From an uncultured Saprospiraceae bacterium (GTDB lineage Bacteria > Bacteroidota > Bacteroidia > Chitinophagales > Saprospiraceae): 64,000 bases of DNA. Position numbers and translations under genes: made by a program. The stretch spans positions 619 to 64,618 of the forward strand of contig CALDUE010000095.1 in assembly GCA_937923485.1 (NCBI GenBank), in the 5' to 3' direction. This document shows, in pieces, positions 1 through 9,155 of this stretch; position 1 is the stretch's first letter; each line of letters begins with the position of its first letter. The notes below the pieces were generated by a model that was given only the letters and a program-made list of their open reading frames with translations, had not been told where the DNA came from and did not search any database.

Positions 1-310
1 GTCGAATCAACAAGCCTGCTGCACGCATGATATCAAAAAACTTATCTCGCCCGCACTTAATACCTATTGATTCAAAGACCTCTTTAACCTCAGTAAACAC
101 TTTGTACGTCCCCAATCGCTTACCGCAACGACGCCTGGTGTCAATGGTAATCTGACAAATTATTTCTTCATCGATTGCATTTTTCTTGGTGGCAGTCAGG
201 GCTTGGTGGTGCGCCTGTCGAGAATACCCAAACCATCGGCATATCGTCTGCTTTGATATACCAAGTGCTGAAGCACTTATTTCTTGGATGGTTTGGGTGC
301 GAACTTTTTT
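1..310 (-). CDS. IS3-family transposase OrfB (integrase part), first ~100 codons only; entered by -1 frameshift and continuing beyond the window
   Basis: Manual reverse-complement translation in the -1 frame from the slippery site gives KKVRTQTIQEISASALGISKQTICRWFGYSRQAHHQALTATKKNAIDEEIICQITIDTRRRCGKRLGTYKVFTEVKEVFESIGIKCGRDKFFDIMRAAGLLIR with no stop. This is a typical IS3 OrfB N-terminus. Confidence 0.75.
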
Positions 311-696
311 ATGAGATCGGTTCCTGTTAGCTCAGAGGCATTGTGCACTAGCGTGCGCCAAGCCTCAGCTTTTACTTCGGCTTCGTGAGCAATCTTTCTC
401 AGCCTTACTATTTCTTTTTCTAAATCGGCTTTAGAGTTGGCGCTAAGATCAGGTTGCAATGGCGGGCTCTCGTTAGAGAGTGAGTCCGCTATTGCAGCCT
501 GATCGTTGACAAGCTGCTTACGATACCATCGAACAAATTCCTTAGCAACATCTTTGTTGTCAAGGCCGTATTCTTCGGCTGCTATTCGGTAAGAAAACTC
601 GCCCGCTAGGTAGCGACGAGCAACTTCCCGTTTTAGGGAAGATGAATATTTCCTGTAGTCTTTCACCCGTTTAGGGCTTAAAGGTAATGATGACAT
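277..696 (-). CDS. IS3-family transposase OrfA (helix-turn-helix plus coiled-coil part)
   Basis: 139 aa ORF with an HTH-like segment (REVARRYLAGEFSYRIAAEEYGL) and a leucine-zipper-like C-terminus. It ends just after the slippery heptamer. Confidence 0.85.
   Translation of the reverse strand: MSSLPLSPKRVKDYRKYSSSLKREVARRYLAGEFSYRIAAEEYGLDNKDVAKEFVRWYRKQLVNDQAAIADSLSNESPPLQPDLSANSKADLEKEIVRLRKIAHEAEVKAEAWRTLVHNASELTGTDLIKKFAPKPSKK
304..310 (-). promoter_or_regulatory. Programmed -1 ribosomal frameshift heptamer A AAA AAG
   Basis: The minus strand reads ATA AAA AAG TTC in the orfA frame (I K K F). Slipping by -1 opens the OrfB frame. Confidence 0.65.
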
Positions 697-909
697 CGGG
701 TGGTTTTGATGTCAAGAAATTCTAGGGCTCCTCAGTACTGCGGGATGCTGAACCTTCCTCCCTGCAGTGCGCAGCACAAAGGTAGGAAGCTGAACCACCA
801 TTCTAAAGTTTGCGAGGCAAACGAAGAATGGTGCTGAACCCTGAACCAAACAACACACCTGAATGTCCGCACCTTGTACGGCCCGAGCAGAGCTCGGAAG
901 CCGCTGGAC

Positions 910-945
910 AAAGAAAAAGCCCCGCAATCTTTCGATTACGGGGCT
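910..945 (-). terminator. Rho-independent terminator downstream of tRNA-Gly
   Basis: The minus strand reads AGCCCCGTAATC-GAAA-GATTGCGGGGCT followed by TTTTTCTTT. Confidence 0.7.
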
Positions 946-950
946 CTTAG

Positions 951-1023
951 AGCAGATGACCAGGTTCGAACTGGCGACCTCAACCTTGGCAAGGTTGCGC
1001 TCTACCAGCTGAGCTACATCTGC
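951..1023 (-). tRNA. tRNA-Gly (anticodon GCC); CCA not encoded
   Basis: Hand-folded cloverleaf: acceptor GCAGATG/CATCTGC, D stem GCTC/GAGC, anticodon stem CAACC/GGTTG with loop TTGCCAA, T arm GCCAG-TTCGAAC-CTGGT. Confidence 0.95.
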
Positions 1024-1095
1024 ATTTACTGGAAGCGAGCGCAAATGTAATCGCTTGCACAGTCAATCGCAAAGATTCTTTTAACTTTTTTCAAT

Positions 1096-3183
1096 TCAAT
1101 TTTCTTCCTCAGCTAATGCAACTTGCGCTTGGTCCTCCAAACGCTTGATGTAGTAATAGCTCTCCACCTGCGATCGGATGGCAAGGTCCTGAGAGGTACG
1201 ACGATAGGTATTTTTCATTTTTGCATCCAAGGTGCGACTCTTCACATTGTCTGCCCATTGAATCTCCATAAGATCGACGATCCTTTTGCGGAGTACCTCA
1301 TCATAGATAGGGAAGGCCGTCTCAATTCGGTAGGAAAGATTACGCGTCATCCAATCCGCAGAACTGAGATACACTTCATCATCCCCACCGTTGTGGAACA
1401 TGAATACGCGAGCATGCTCTAGGTAGCGATCCACGATACTGATGGCTTGGATGTTCTCTGAGAAGCCTTCGGCTTGAGGAACTAGAGAGAAAATGCCTCG
1501 AACGATCAAGCGAATTTCAACGCCTGCTTGACTAGCTTCATATAGCTTTTCAATCATCTTGGTATCCTGAAGACTGTTCATCTTCAGTAAGATGCGTGCT
1601 TTTTTACCTTTTTTAGCGAACTTGATTTCACGGTCAATCTTGTCGATAAAGGTTGCCCGCATATTGAACTGGCCAACAAGCAGATGCTCAAACGACTGCT
1701 TCGGGCGCTTGACGGTTTCGAGATAACTGAACAGACGAGCTACCTCGTCAGTAATACGCTTGTCAGTCGTGAAGTGACCGAAGTCACTGTAGATTTTTGC
1801 AGTGTTCTCATGGAAGTTACCCGTGCTCATGTAGGTGTAGAGTTTTCCAACTCCATCTTCCACGCGTCTTACCATAGCAACTTTAGAGTGCACTTTCACC
1901 CCAGGGAAGGAATAATGAACAGTCACGCCTGCTTTCTCCAATTTTTCACCCCATGCAAGGTTGGCCTCCTCGTCAAATCGTGCTTTGATCTCAATAAAAA
2001 CAGTCACCTGTTTCCCTCTCTTGACTGCGGCACAGATGGCGTCCATGATGCGAGAGACCTTTGCCACTCGATATTGGACAATCTTGATGTGTGTCACTGT
2101 AGGATCGGCGCTGGCTTCTTCGAAAAAGCGAACGACCGGCTCGTAATCGTGATAAGGGTAATAAAGCAGGTGATCTTCTTCTCGAATAGCTTTCCAGAAA
2201 TCCTCCGCCTGTGTCAATACGGTGTGAGCGATCGGCGGCATCGGAGAATTTTTCAGATCATCCAATCCATAAGAGGGGAAGCTGAAAAAATCGGAGTTGT
2301 TGTGATAGCGACCTTCACGCAAAAGGTCGTAACGACCTAAGTTAAAGGTATCCTTAAGGTACGCGAGCAAGTCAGCAGGCATCTCCCGATCGTAAACAAA
2401 GCGACTCGCGGGACCGACGTGACGTTTCGATAATCCTTTGCGGATTTTGGCGACGAGGTCACCTGAAAACTCATCATCAATGTACAGCTCCGCATCACGC
2501 GTCAATTTGATGGAATAGGTGTCTTGAATATCATAACCCGGGAACATCCAGCTGATGGAATGGCGAACGATGTCATCCATGAGTATGACTTCATGTTTTC
2601 CTTCTTCGGTAGTTGGGAGCGTGATAAATCGACCCAGCTCATCACTTGGGATTTTGACGAGCGCGTAGGTCGTTTCAACGTTCACCCTGTCGATCATTTC
2701 AATGACCAAATACAGTGCTCCATTATTCAAAAATGGACGCACCTTGTTTTTGACCAAAAGCACGGGTTGCACAAAAGGTAGCATGTGATCATGGAAAAAC
2801 TCTTCTACAAAGGCCTCTTGTTTCTGGTCTAATTCAAGACGTCTGCGCGTATAGATGCCGTGATCAGCGAGGGCGGGAATCAGCACTTCCGAATAGATTT
2901 TGCTGAACTGCTCCTGCTGGGCGTTTACCTCTTTAAGTATAGCTCTAAGAATGACCTTTGGATCATAGTTGAGCTCCCGCTTGGTGCTTTTCCCAAGGCG
3001 AACCAAGTTACGGTGACTAGCTACACGGACCCTGAAAAACTCGTCAAGGTTACTTGCATAGATCGCCATAAATTTCAAGCGCTCCAGTAGTGGAACAGAC
3101 GGATCCATTGCTTCTTGGAGCACGCGTTGATTGAAAGACAACCATGACAGGTCTCTGTGAGTGTAAGGCAGCTGGTCAGACAT
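1096..3183 (-). CDS. ppk1: Polyphosphate kinase 1
   Basis: 695 aa; characteristic N-terminus (RDLSWLSFNQRVLQEA) and two PLD-like HxK regions (VHSKVAMV). Confidence 0.95.
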   Translation of the reverse strand: MSDQLPYTHRDLSWLSFNQRVLQEAMDPSVPLLERLKFMAIYASNLDEFFRVRVASHRNLVRLGKSTKRELNYDPKVILRAILKEVNAQQEQFSKIYSEVLIPALADHGIYTRRRLELDQKQEAFVEEFFHDHMLPFVQPVLLVKNKVRPFLNNGALYLVIEMIDRVNVETTYALVKIPSDELGRFITLPTTEEGKHEVILMDDIVRHSISWMFPGYDIQDTYSIKLTRDAELYIDDEFSGDLVAKIRKGLSKRHVGPASRFVYDREMPADLLAYLKDTFNLGRYDLLREGRYHNNSDFFSFPSYGLDDLKNSPMPPIAHTVLTQAEDFWKAIREEDHLLYYPYHDYEPVVRFFEEASADPTVTHIKIVQYRVAKVSRIMDAICAAVKRGKQVTVFIEIKARFDEEANLAWGEKLEKAGVTVHYSFPGVKVHSKVAMVRRVEDGVGKLYTYMSTGNFHENTAKIYSDFGHFTTDKRITDEVARLFSYLETVKRPKQSFEHLLVGQFNMRATFIDKIDREIKFAKKGKKARILLKMNSLQDTKMIEKLYEASQAGVEIRLIVRGIFSLVPQAEGFSENIQAISIVDRYLEHARVFMFHNGGDDEVYLSSADWMTRNLSYRIETAFPIYDEVLRKRIVDLMEIQWADNVKSRTLDAKMKNTYRRTSQDLAIRSQVESYYYIKRLEDQAQVALAEEEN

Positions 3184-3237
3184 AGGCGAAAAGATAGTAG
3201 CACCTACGGTGCTTTACGCATTTTGAATACGATAAAA

Positions 3238-4167
3238 CTACCCAAACAGTTTTGTTTGCATATCCGAATTGCTAGGACTTTCTATCAACGTAGGTGATCG
3301 AGTTTCGATCGGAGTAGGATAGTGTAGTCTTGAAAAGCGCTCAAAGTCTGTAGCAGATTTCGCCGATGCTGGCGCTTGAGGCTGATGCGTAAACACATAG
3401 GCCTCCTGTAATCCACTTGTAATCCAAGATGTAAGTCTTTTTGACCATGCTTCTAAACGAGGTTGATCCGTTGGGTGAACGTTCCCAACCCAACGAAGCA
3501 AAAAGAAGCTGGCAGTAACATTCATGTGCGCTACATCTCTTCTGGCGCCGACATCAGAAAGAGTCGTTCCAATGCCACGAGCATAAAGTTCTGCAAAAAG
3601 ATCAGCGCCTCTGCTTTCTGCAAACCATGATTCATGTCTAAGTTCAACCGCTAGTCGAACTTCACTTGGCCAGTGGTCTAGAAACGAAAGTAGTGCCTCA
3701 AAATTCGAGGTATCAAAATGAGTAGGCAACTGAATAAAACAGGGGCCCAGCTTATCGCCAAAACCTTTTACACCCTCGCAAAATTCAACGATTCGATTTG
3801 TGCCAACACCTAGATTCTTCGACTGACTCAATAGTTTATTGACCTTCGGGCAAAAGTGAAAATCATCGGGAACCTTTGCTGCCCACTTAGCTGTCTGGTC
3901 AGCCGTAGGCATTCTGTAAAAGGTCGTGTTCAGCTCAATGGTGTTGAACTGCTTTCCATAAGCTTCTAAGAAATTTGCAGCCTTTGTTTTGGCTGGATAC
4001 ACTTTGCCTACGTATGCTTTATCTCCCCACGAAGTAGAACCAATAAATAGTTGAGCGGGTGCTGCAGGTTTTGGCGAAAGCCGCCTGAGTACGAGAGCAG
4101 TTAGATCGGTATCTGGAGAGAGAGTCCAATCGACAAGTTCTGGATTCTCAGGCTTTCCAAATTCCAT
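3238..4167 (-). CDS. DUF72 (YecE-like) family protein
   Basis: 309 aa; TSWGDKAYVGKVYP...FNTIELNTTFYRMP matches the DUF72 signature. Confidence 0.85.
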   Translation of the reverse strand: MEFGKPENPELVDWTLSPDTDLTALVLRRLSPKPAAPAQLFIGSTSWGDKAYVGKVYPAKTKAANFLEAYGKQFNTIELNTTFYRMPTADQTAKWAAKVPDDFHFCPKVNKLLSQSKNLGVGTNRIVEFCEGVKGFGDKLGPCFIQLPTHFDTSNFEALLSFLDHWPSEVRLAVELRHESWFAESRGADLFAELYARGIGTTLSDVGARRDVAHMNVTASFFLLRWVGNVHPTDQPRLEAWSKRLTSWITSGLQEAYVFTHQPQAPASAKSATDFERFSRLHYPTPIETRSPTLIESPSNSDMQTKLFG

Positions 4168-4181
4168 TTATAGGGCTTAAA

Positions 4182-6050
4182 TTATAAGTTGACAGTTACG
4201 CCAGATCTAATCCACCGACCAGGAAGAGGGACGCCATTTGTTTGCGTGTATTCTTGGTCAAGAATATTAGTTGCCTCAACAAAGAAGCGCGCTACGTTAA
4301 ATCTATAGTCTAAGCGAAGATCAAGCAATTGATAATCTACTGGAAGTTCGCCAGGCGCAGGTTCAGTTACCCGATCAGCTACACGCAAATTCACTGTTGC
4401 GCTTAGAGGAGTGGTAATTCGGAAAATAGTCGTTGTGATAAACTGGTGCCTCAACTGATCAAGTGCATAACGACTTATACGATCAGCATCTGAATCATTT
4501 TTAAGGTCTGCATGGATGTAGTTATAACTCATTTGGGCTAACGGCAACCACCTCCAACGGTTACGTGCTGTCAAAGAAACCTCAACCCCCGAAAAGCTAG
4601 CGTTGGCTATATTTTGCGGTTGCCATACAGTGTCTGCTGGAGAGTCTCTAACGTAGTCGATCAGGTCAAGTGCTTCGCGATTCCAAATAGCACCTTTTAC
4701 CTCCCAGCCATTTTTTTCAAAATTTGCTCCAAGCTCAAATGCATATGCTCGTTCGACCGAAAGATCTGGATTTCCTTCATTAAAACGGTCGAAGTAAAAG
4801 AGGTCAGTGTAGGTAGGTATACGAGAAGTCATTCCTGCATTTCCGTAGAAGGTGAGGTTGTCAGAGAACTCATAAGCAACGTCAAGCCCTGGGAGAACTC
4901 TCGTCTCAACATCGCTTATATAATTAAGCGAAAGGCTAGGGGTTACGTTCAATTTAGTGTCGAATAAATCTAAACGTTGTTCTACCAAGAGGTTAATCAC
5001 CCCACGCTGGCGATCGCCAAGCAAATTACTTTTCAAATTTACTCCCCGTACTTCTCCACCTAGACCTAGACTACCATACTTGTTATTGAAAGATTTATAT
5101 GCATCGTAACTGTAGGTTTGCGAAATATGTAGATTCCTATAGATGCTCGGGTTAGATCGAATGAATACGTACTCGTCTTGATTACGTCTCCAGCTCAAAC
5201 GCTGTGAGAAACTTCCTTTGTCATCTCGGACAGCATGCTGGAGCCCTACGATACTTGTTTGAATTTCCTCAAACTGCTCTGTTGCGCTCGCGCTAGCGTA
5301 GAAACCGTTCGCACCAAATGCACGCTCACTCAATGCTGCAATTAATGAGAGCTTGTGTGCACCAATAGAAGTTTCCCCTTGGTACATGATGTTCTCAATA
5401 TCGAAATCAGTATTGTGTCTATAGCCTTGAGCAAGGTCGCGTTGATAGCTGAGCAAGTGGTTCACTCCTGCTTTTGGCAGGTTTATGCTTGCGCCAAAAC
5501 CGTACAAACCGTTCTCACCTGCTTCAGCGCGCAAGCCGATGACCTGCTTCTTTTGTGGATGGGTGATGATGTTGATCGCACCAGCAAAACCATTCTGGCC
5601 GTAAAGTCTAGCCCCTGGTCCTTTAAGCACCTCAATTCGCTCGACATTTTCGAGCGGTACAGGAATATTGAGTGCGTGGTGTCCTGTTTGCGGATCTGAT
5701 AAGCGGATGCCATTCACAAGGATTAACACCTGATCAAATGTCCCCCCTCGAATGCTCAGGTCCGCTTGTACTCCTCTAGGTCCACGCTGACGTACATCTA
5801 GACCTGCAACAAACTGCAGTGCTTCAGAGACATTCGTGATTGGCAATGCTTGCAACTCAGCCTTCGTAATGATATCGAGTGTGTGACCGACACTTTGGCG
5901 GTCCACTGGTGCTCGATTTGCTAAAACAACTGCTTCCGGTAAATCCAAACTATCAAGTCCGTGGAGTAAAGATTGCGAGAAGCCAAAAGAGGGTAGTAGG
6001 GTGGCAAGTACTAGCGTACACGGTAGCCAGAGACGTAGATTTTTCTTCAT
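4182..6050 (-). CDS. TonB-dependent outer-membrane receptor
   Basis: 622 aa with a signal peptide, a plug domain (DIITKAELQALPITNVSEALQFVAGL), a beta-barrel and a C-terminal aromatic end. Confidence 0.9.
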   Translation of the reverse strand: MKKNLRLWLPCTLVLATLLPSFGFSQSLLHGLDSLDLPEAVVLANRAPVDRQSVGHTLDIITKAELQALPITNVSEALQFVAGLDVRQRGPRGVQADLSIRGGTFDQVLILVNGIRLSDPQTGHHALNIPVPLENVERIEVLKGPGARLYGQNGFAGAINIITHPQKKQVIGLRAEAGENGLYGFGASINLPKAGVNHLLSYQRDLAQGYRHNTDFDIENIMYQGETSIGAHKLSLIAALSERAFGANGFYASASATEQFEEIQTSIVGLQHAVRDDKGSFSQRLSWRRNQDEYVFIRSNPSIYRNLHISQTYSYDAYKSFNNKYGSLGLGGEVRGVNLKSNLLGDRQRGVINLLVEQRLDLFDTKLNVTPSLSLNYISDVETRVLPGLDVAYEFSDNLTFYGNAGMTSRIPTYTDLFYFDRFNEGNPDLSVERAYAFELGANFEKNGWEVKGAIWNREALDLIDYVRDSPADTVWQPQNIANASFSGVEVSLTARNRWRWLPLAQMSYNYIHADLKNDSDADRISRYALDQLRHQFITTTIFRITTPLSATVNLRVADRVTEPAPGELPVDYQLLDLRLDYRFNVARFFVEATNILDQEYTQTNGVPLPGRWIRSGVTVNL

Positions 6051-6120
6051 GCTGGCCGTAAATGTAGTTGCGTGTTTTTTCTATTCACCATGGTTTGTGC
6101 ACAGTGTGTTTCTTAGCGCC

Positions 6121-6885
6121 ATGTCTACACTAAAAGAAAAGCGCCGATTGGTTGCAGGTAATTGGAAAATGAATCTTGACCTCAAAGCGGGCTGCGACCT
6201 TGCAACTGAGGTGGTTGAGCAACTCGGGAAGTCGGACTTTCCAGTCGTTTTTTGCGCTCCAGCAATACATTTACATGCACTTTCTGACATTGTCAAGGAT
6301 GCGTCAAACGTTTATTCTGGTGCTCAAGACATCTCTTCTCACGAGTCCGGAGCACACACGGGAGAGATCAGCGGGGGACAATTGAAGTCCGTTGGCTGCT
6401 CTTATGTCCTTGTTGGACACTCCGAGCGACGTGCATTTCATGGCGAAACAGGAGACTTGCTCGCGGCAAAAATTAGCCAAGCACTTGCGAATGATCTCAC
6501 TCCGATTTATTGTTTTGGAGAAACACTCGATCAGCGTCAAGCAGATCAAGAGGAAGAAGTTGTTGCTCGTCAATTGCACGAAGGGTTTGCGCATCTCGAT
6601 GCACCAGCGATGAAGAATGTCGTACTGGCCTACGAACCATGCTGGGCAATCGGCACAGGAATAACTGCTTCTCCTGCTCAAGCACAAGCCATTCATAAGT
6701 TCGTGCGGTCGTGGCTCAACGAGCGTTTTGGCGACAGCGTAGCAAATACTACTACGATTCTTTACGGTGGATCTGTAAAGCCAGGCAATGCTAACGAGCT
6801 TTTCAGTCAGCCAGATATCGATGGAGGACTCATTGGTGGTGCAAGTCTCAAACCAGCTGATTTCATTGCTATCGTGAATGCTTAG
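6121..6885 (+). CDS. tpiA: Triose-phosphate isomerase
   Basis: AGNWKMN, VGHSERR and AYEPCWAIGTG motifs. Start moved to the ATG at 6121 (MSTLKEK) because the 6001 start overlaps the receptor gene. Confidence 0.95.
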   Translation: MSTLKEKRRLVAGNWKMNLDLKAGCDLATEVVEQLGKSDFPVVFCAPAIHLHALSDIVKDASNVYSGAQDISSHESGAHTGEISGGQLKSVGCSYVLVGHSERRAFHGETGDLLAAKISQALANDLTPIYCFGETLDQRQADQEEEVVARQLHEGFAHLDAPAMKNVVLAYEPCWAIGTGITASPAQAQAIHKFVRSWLNERFGDSVANTTTILYGGSVKPGNANELFSQPDIDGGLIGGASLKPADFIAIVNA

Positions 6886-6932
6886 CCAGCATCAAGATAA
6901 TGGATTGAAAGCCAGTAACGTAGGTTGGGTAT

Positions 6933-6956
6933 TTTAGGCTAAATTCCTAGCCTAAA
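6933..6956 (+). terminator. 9 bp perfect hairpin after tpiA; possible terminator but no T-run
   Basis: TTTAGGCTA-aattcc-TAGCCTAAA. Confidence 0.35.
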
Positions 6957-6963
6957 GGGGGCA

Positions 6964-9150
6964 TTGTATCGCTGGAAACAGGCATGGTGTCTACATAGTG
7001 ACCACCTTTATCCTAAGCAGTCGAGCCTCAGGGCTGAGAAACACTACAAACACTTGAGCGGCCCAATTCCATACTACCCACAACTCGAAGAACGCGACTG
7101 CGGAGCCACTTGTCTTCGTATGGTTGTGGAACACTTTGGCGTGGTAGCTTCGATGGAACGCCTGCGTGAGGTGACGGACACGACAGAGCGCGGTGCTGAC
7201 ATGGGCGGACTTGAGAAAGGAGCTCAAATCTTAGGCTTCCAGACGCTTGCGGCCGAGCTTCCTTACGACGAGCTTCTACAAGGGGATCTTCTTCCTGCCA
7301 TCTTACACTGGGATAGAGATCATTTCATCGTAGTTACCAAGGCGAGCTATGCCAATATCTCGATCCACGATCCTGCGCAGGGAAAACGAACCATGTCTCG
7401 TGATGATTTCGAGGCTCACCGATACGGCCCAGGTAGATCACGAGCAGGCTTGATCATTCGTCCAACTCAGGCTACTGAGAACCAAGTAGCTGATGCCAAA
7501 GATTCAAAAGCAGCTTCAACCATTTGGACTTTCCCCTGGCAGATTTCCCTACTTGGTCTATTCTACGCTGGAGCGACAGCTTTTGGCTTGTATACGCTAA
7601 ACGAGGTGCTGCAACAAGCTATTGATCTTCAATTTCGAGAAGGCGTATGGCAACATTTTGGTGCCTTGCTTCTAGCCACTGCGGGCATCATCTTAGCGGC
7701 ATACTTGCTGAGACGACAATCGATATCCTTCGCAAGTGCCTCGGGCAAAACAGAAGTAGATCGCTTGACGAAACATGTCGAGATCAGAGCAGCAGATATT
7801 TCTCGTCCGATTGACGGCGAACTCTACTTAAAGCTGGTAAGCGATATCGACAATATTCGAGTTTGGTACGCTTATAATTTGGCTACGCTCATTGTTGGTG
7901 TTGTTACAATCGTAGCCTCTATAATATTTTTGATCTTTACAGATCTTATCTGGGGCTTATCTCTATTGGCTGTAGAAGTACTTCTCATTTTGTTAGGTCA
8001 ATATGTATTTGGCTTAAATCGAGAATCAAGAGAAGCTGCCCGCGAAGCTCAACTGAAACAACGTGAGGCACTGTATGAATTTGCGCGTGTCCTTCCTGAT
8101 ACGCATTCCTTAGATGGTGGTAAATATCTCTTAGAAAGGCTTCAAGAAAAAAACGAAAAAGCAGAGTCTGCCTTTCTTTCTATCTCATCGGAATACAGTG
8201 CCGAACGCCAACTTATTCGCGTACTGATGATGGTTTCCGCGATTTGCCTGATCACTTGTGGACTATATCAACTGGGATATGCAGGTCTGCAAGTAGGTGA
8301 ATTATTGTTTGGGATTATTCTTATCGCCTTAACGATGGTTCCGTTCATGTCGATCTCAACAGTGCTACTAAAGTGGTATCGTCTTCAGGCAGCTAGACTT
8401 CGCGTAAATGATCTTGGTGAACCAGGAGTTATTATCGCGAATTCATTGCCGAAAAAGCCTGAAACACTAACAATTGTTTGGGATGGTCAATCAGGTAAAG
8501 AGCAGCGCGTCACCTTCCCAGGCGCTTGTAGAATAGCACTTGTGGGAACAGATAAACAAACACGTGAGGATATTATCGCTGGTTTGTTAGGTCGTAGAAA
8601 CGATCGAAATGTTCGCCTATTTTTCGACGGAAACTTTGATGAAGTACGCACATTGACCGACTACGGAAAGCTCAGTGCTTTAGATAGGAATAGCCTCATC
8701 GCTTCTGGATCTATTGCATCAAATATTGCTATGGTAGATCGTCCAGATTTTGATGCGGTGAAAGTTGCAGCTGAACTCGTAGGCATTCCTCATGATGCAC
8801 CACCACGCGGTTTATACTCCCTTGTAGGCTTTGAAGGAGAAGGTGTCAGTAGAGAAATGGCTAGCCGTACATTGATAGCTAGGGCCGTTTATAGTGGCGT
8901 TGACGCACTTGTATTAAATGGAGTAACCAATAATCTCGAAGCCTATGATGAAGGCTTACTCATGGACAATTTATTGCCTTGGTGTAAAGGTCGACTCTTC
9001 ATAATGAATGCAGAAAGATTGAATGCAGCTTATGGTAGTGATTTGATTCTTAGTATTGAAGCTACTGAATTAGATAGTGTTGGAAGCCATGAACACTTAC
9101 TGTCTGAGAAAGGCACTTACTTTTATCAGGTAAACGCTGCGCAAAGCTAA
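6964..9150 (+). CDS. C39 peptidase-domain / ABC-exporter-like protein with a degenerate nucleotide-binding domain
   Basis: 728 aa. The N-terminal C39 motifs are intact (ERDCGATCL, HFIVV, HDP). About 6 TM helices follow. The C-terminal domain aligns to an ABC ATPase but lacks Walker A, signature, Walker B and H-loop. A TTG start is implied by the ORF track. Confidence 0.8.
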   Translation: MYRWKQAWCLHSDHLYPKQSSLRAEKHYKHLSGPIPYYPQLEERDCGATCLRMVVEHFGVVASMERLREVTDTTERGADMGGLEKGAQILGFQTLAAELPYDELLQGDLLPAILHWDRDHFIVVTKASYANISIHDPAQGKRTMSRDDFEAHRYGPGRSRAGLIIRPTQATENQVADAKDSKAASTIWTFPWQISLLGLFYAGATAFGLYTLNEVLQQAIDLQFREGVWQHFGALLLATAGIILAAYLLRRQSISFASASGKTEVDRLTKHVEIRAADISRPIDGELYLKLVSDIDNIRVWYAYNLATLIVGVVTIVASIIFLIFTDLIWGLSLLAVEVLLILLGQYVFGLNRESREAAREAQLKQREALYEFARVLPDTHSLDGGKYLLERLQEKNEKAESAFLSISSEYSAERQLIRVLMMVSAICLITCGLYQLGYAGLQVGELLFGIILIALTMVPFMSISTVLLKWYRLQAARLRVNDLGEPGVIIANSLPKKPETLTIVWDGQSGKEQRVTFPGACRIALVGTDKQTREDIIAGLLGRRNDRNVRLFFDGNFDEVRTLTDYGKLSALDRNSLIASGSIASNIAMVDRPDFDAVKVAAELVGIPHDAPPRGLYSLVGFEGEGVSREMASRTLIARAVYSGVDALVLNGVTNNLEAYDEGLLMDNLLPWCKGRLFIMNAERLNAAYGSDLILSIEATELDSVGSHEHLLSEKGTYFYQVNAAQS

Positions 9151-9155
9151 TTATC

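Larger units (their letters stand above)
1..855 (-). mobile_element. IS3-family insertion sequence, left part; runs off the window start. The outer end near 855 is tentative.
   Basis: orfA at 277-696 is followed by a -1 frame orfB that stays open to position 1. An A6G slippery site is present. GGTTCAG heptamers and small hairpins fill the 160 nt upstream of orfA (697-855). Confidence 0.7.

Noticed and set aside
740-910. Stand-alone ncRNA (SRP RNA, 6S or similar) downstream of tRNA-Gly
   Set aside because: I could not find the conserved SRP domain IV motif or a 6S-like shape. The shared termini with 35458-35630 make an IS/MITE end the simpler explanation.
712-1044. 110 aa ORF on the minus strand
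   Set aside because: It overlaps tRNA-Gly and its terminator and covers the structured IS leader. It has no protein-like features.
1684-2340. Long antisense ORFs inside ppk1, actB (20002-20547), the M48 gene (35746-36144), the THUMP gene (43365-43760), lpdA (10512-10940) and the giant gene (47564-47935 and 51827-52357)
   Set aside because: All lie fully within and opposite strongly supported genes. They have odd composition (Cys/Arg/Ser/Val-rich) and no recognisable motifs. These are typical shadow ORFs.
6001-6120. Long N-terminal extension of tpiA starting at 6001
   Set aside because: It overlaps the start of the divergent TonB-dependent receptor gene. The conserved TIM N-terminus (KRRLVAGNWKMN) begins right after the ATG at 6121.
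6051-6120. Cobalamin or other riboswitch ahead of the TonB-dependent receptor
   Set aside because: Only ~70 nt separate the receptor start from tpiA, which is too short for a B12 riboswitch. No conserved B12-box was seen.
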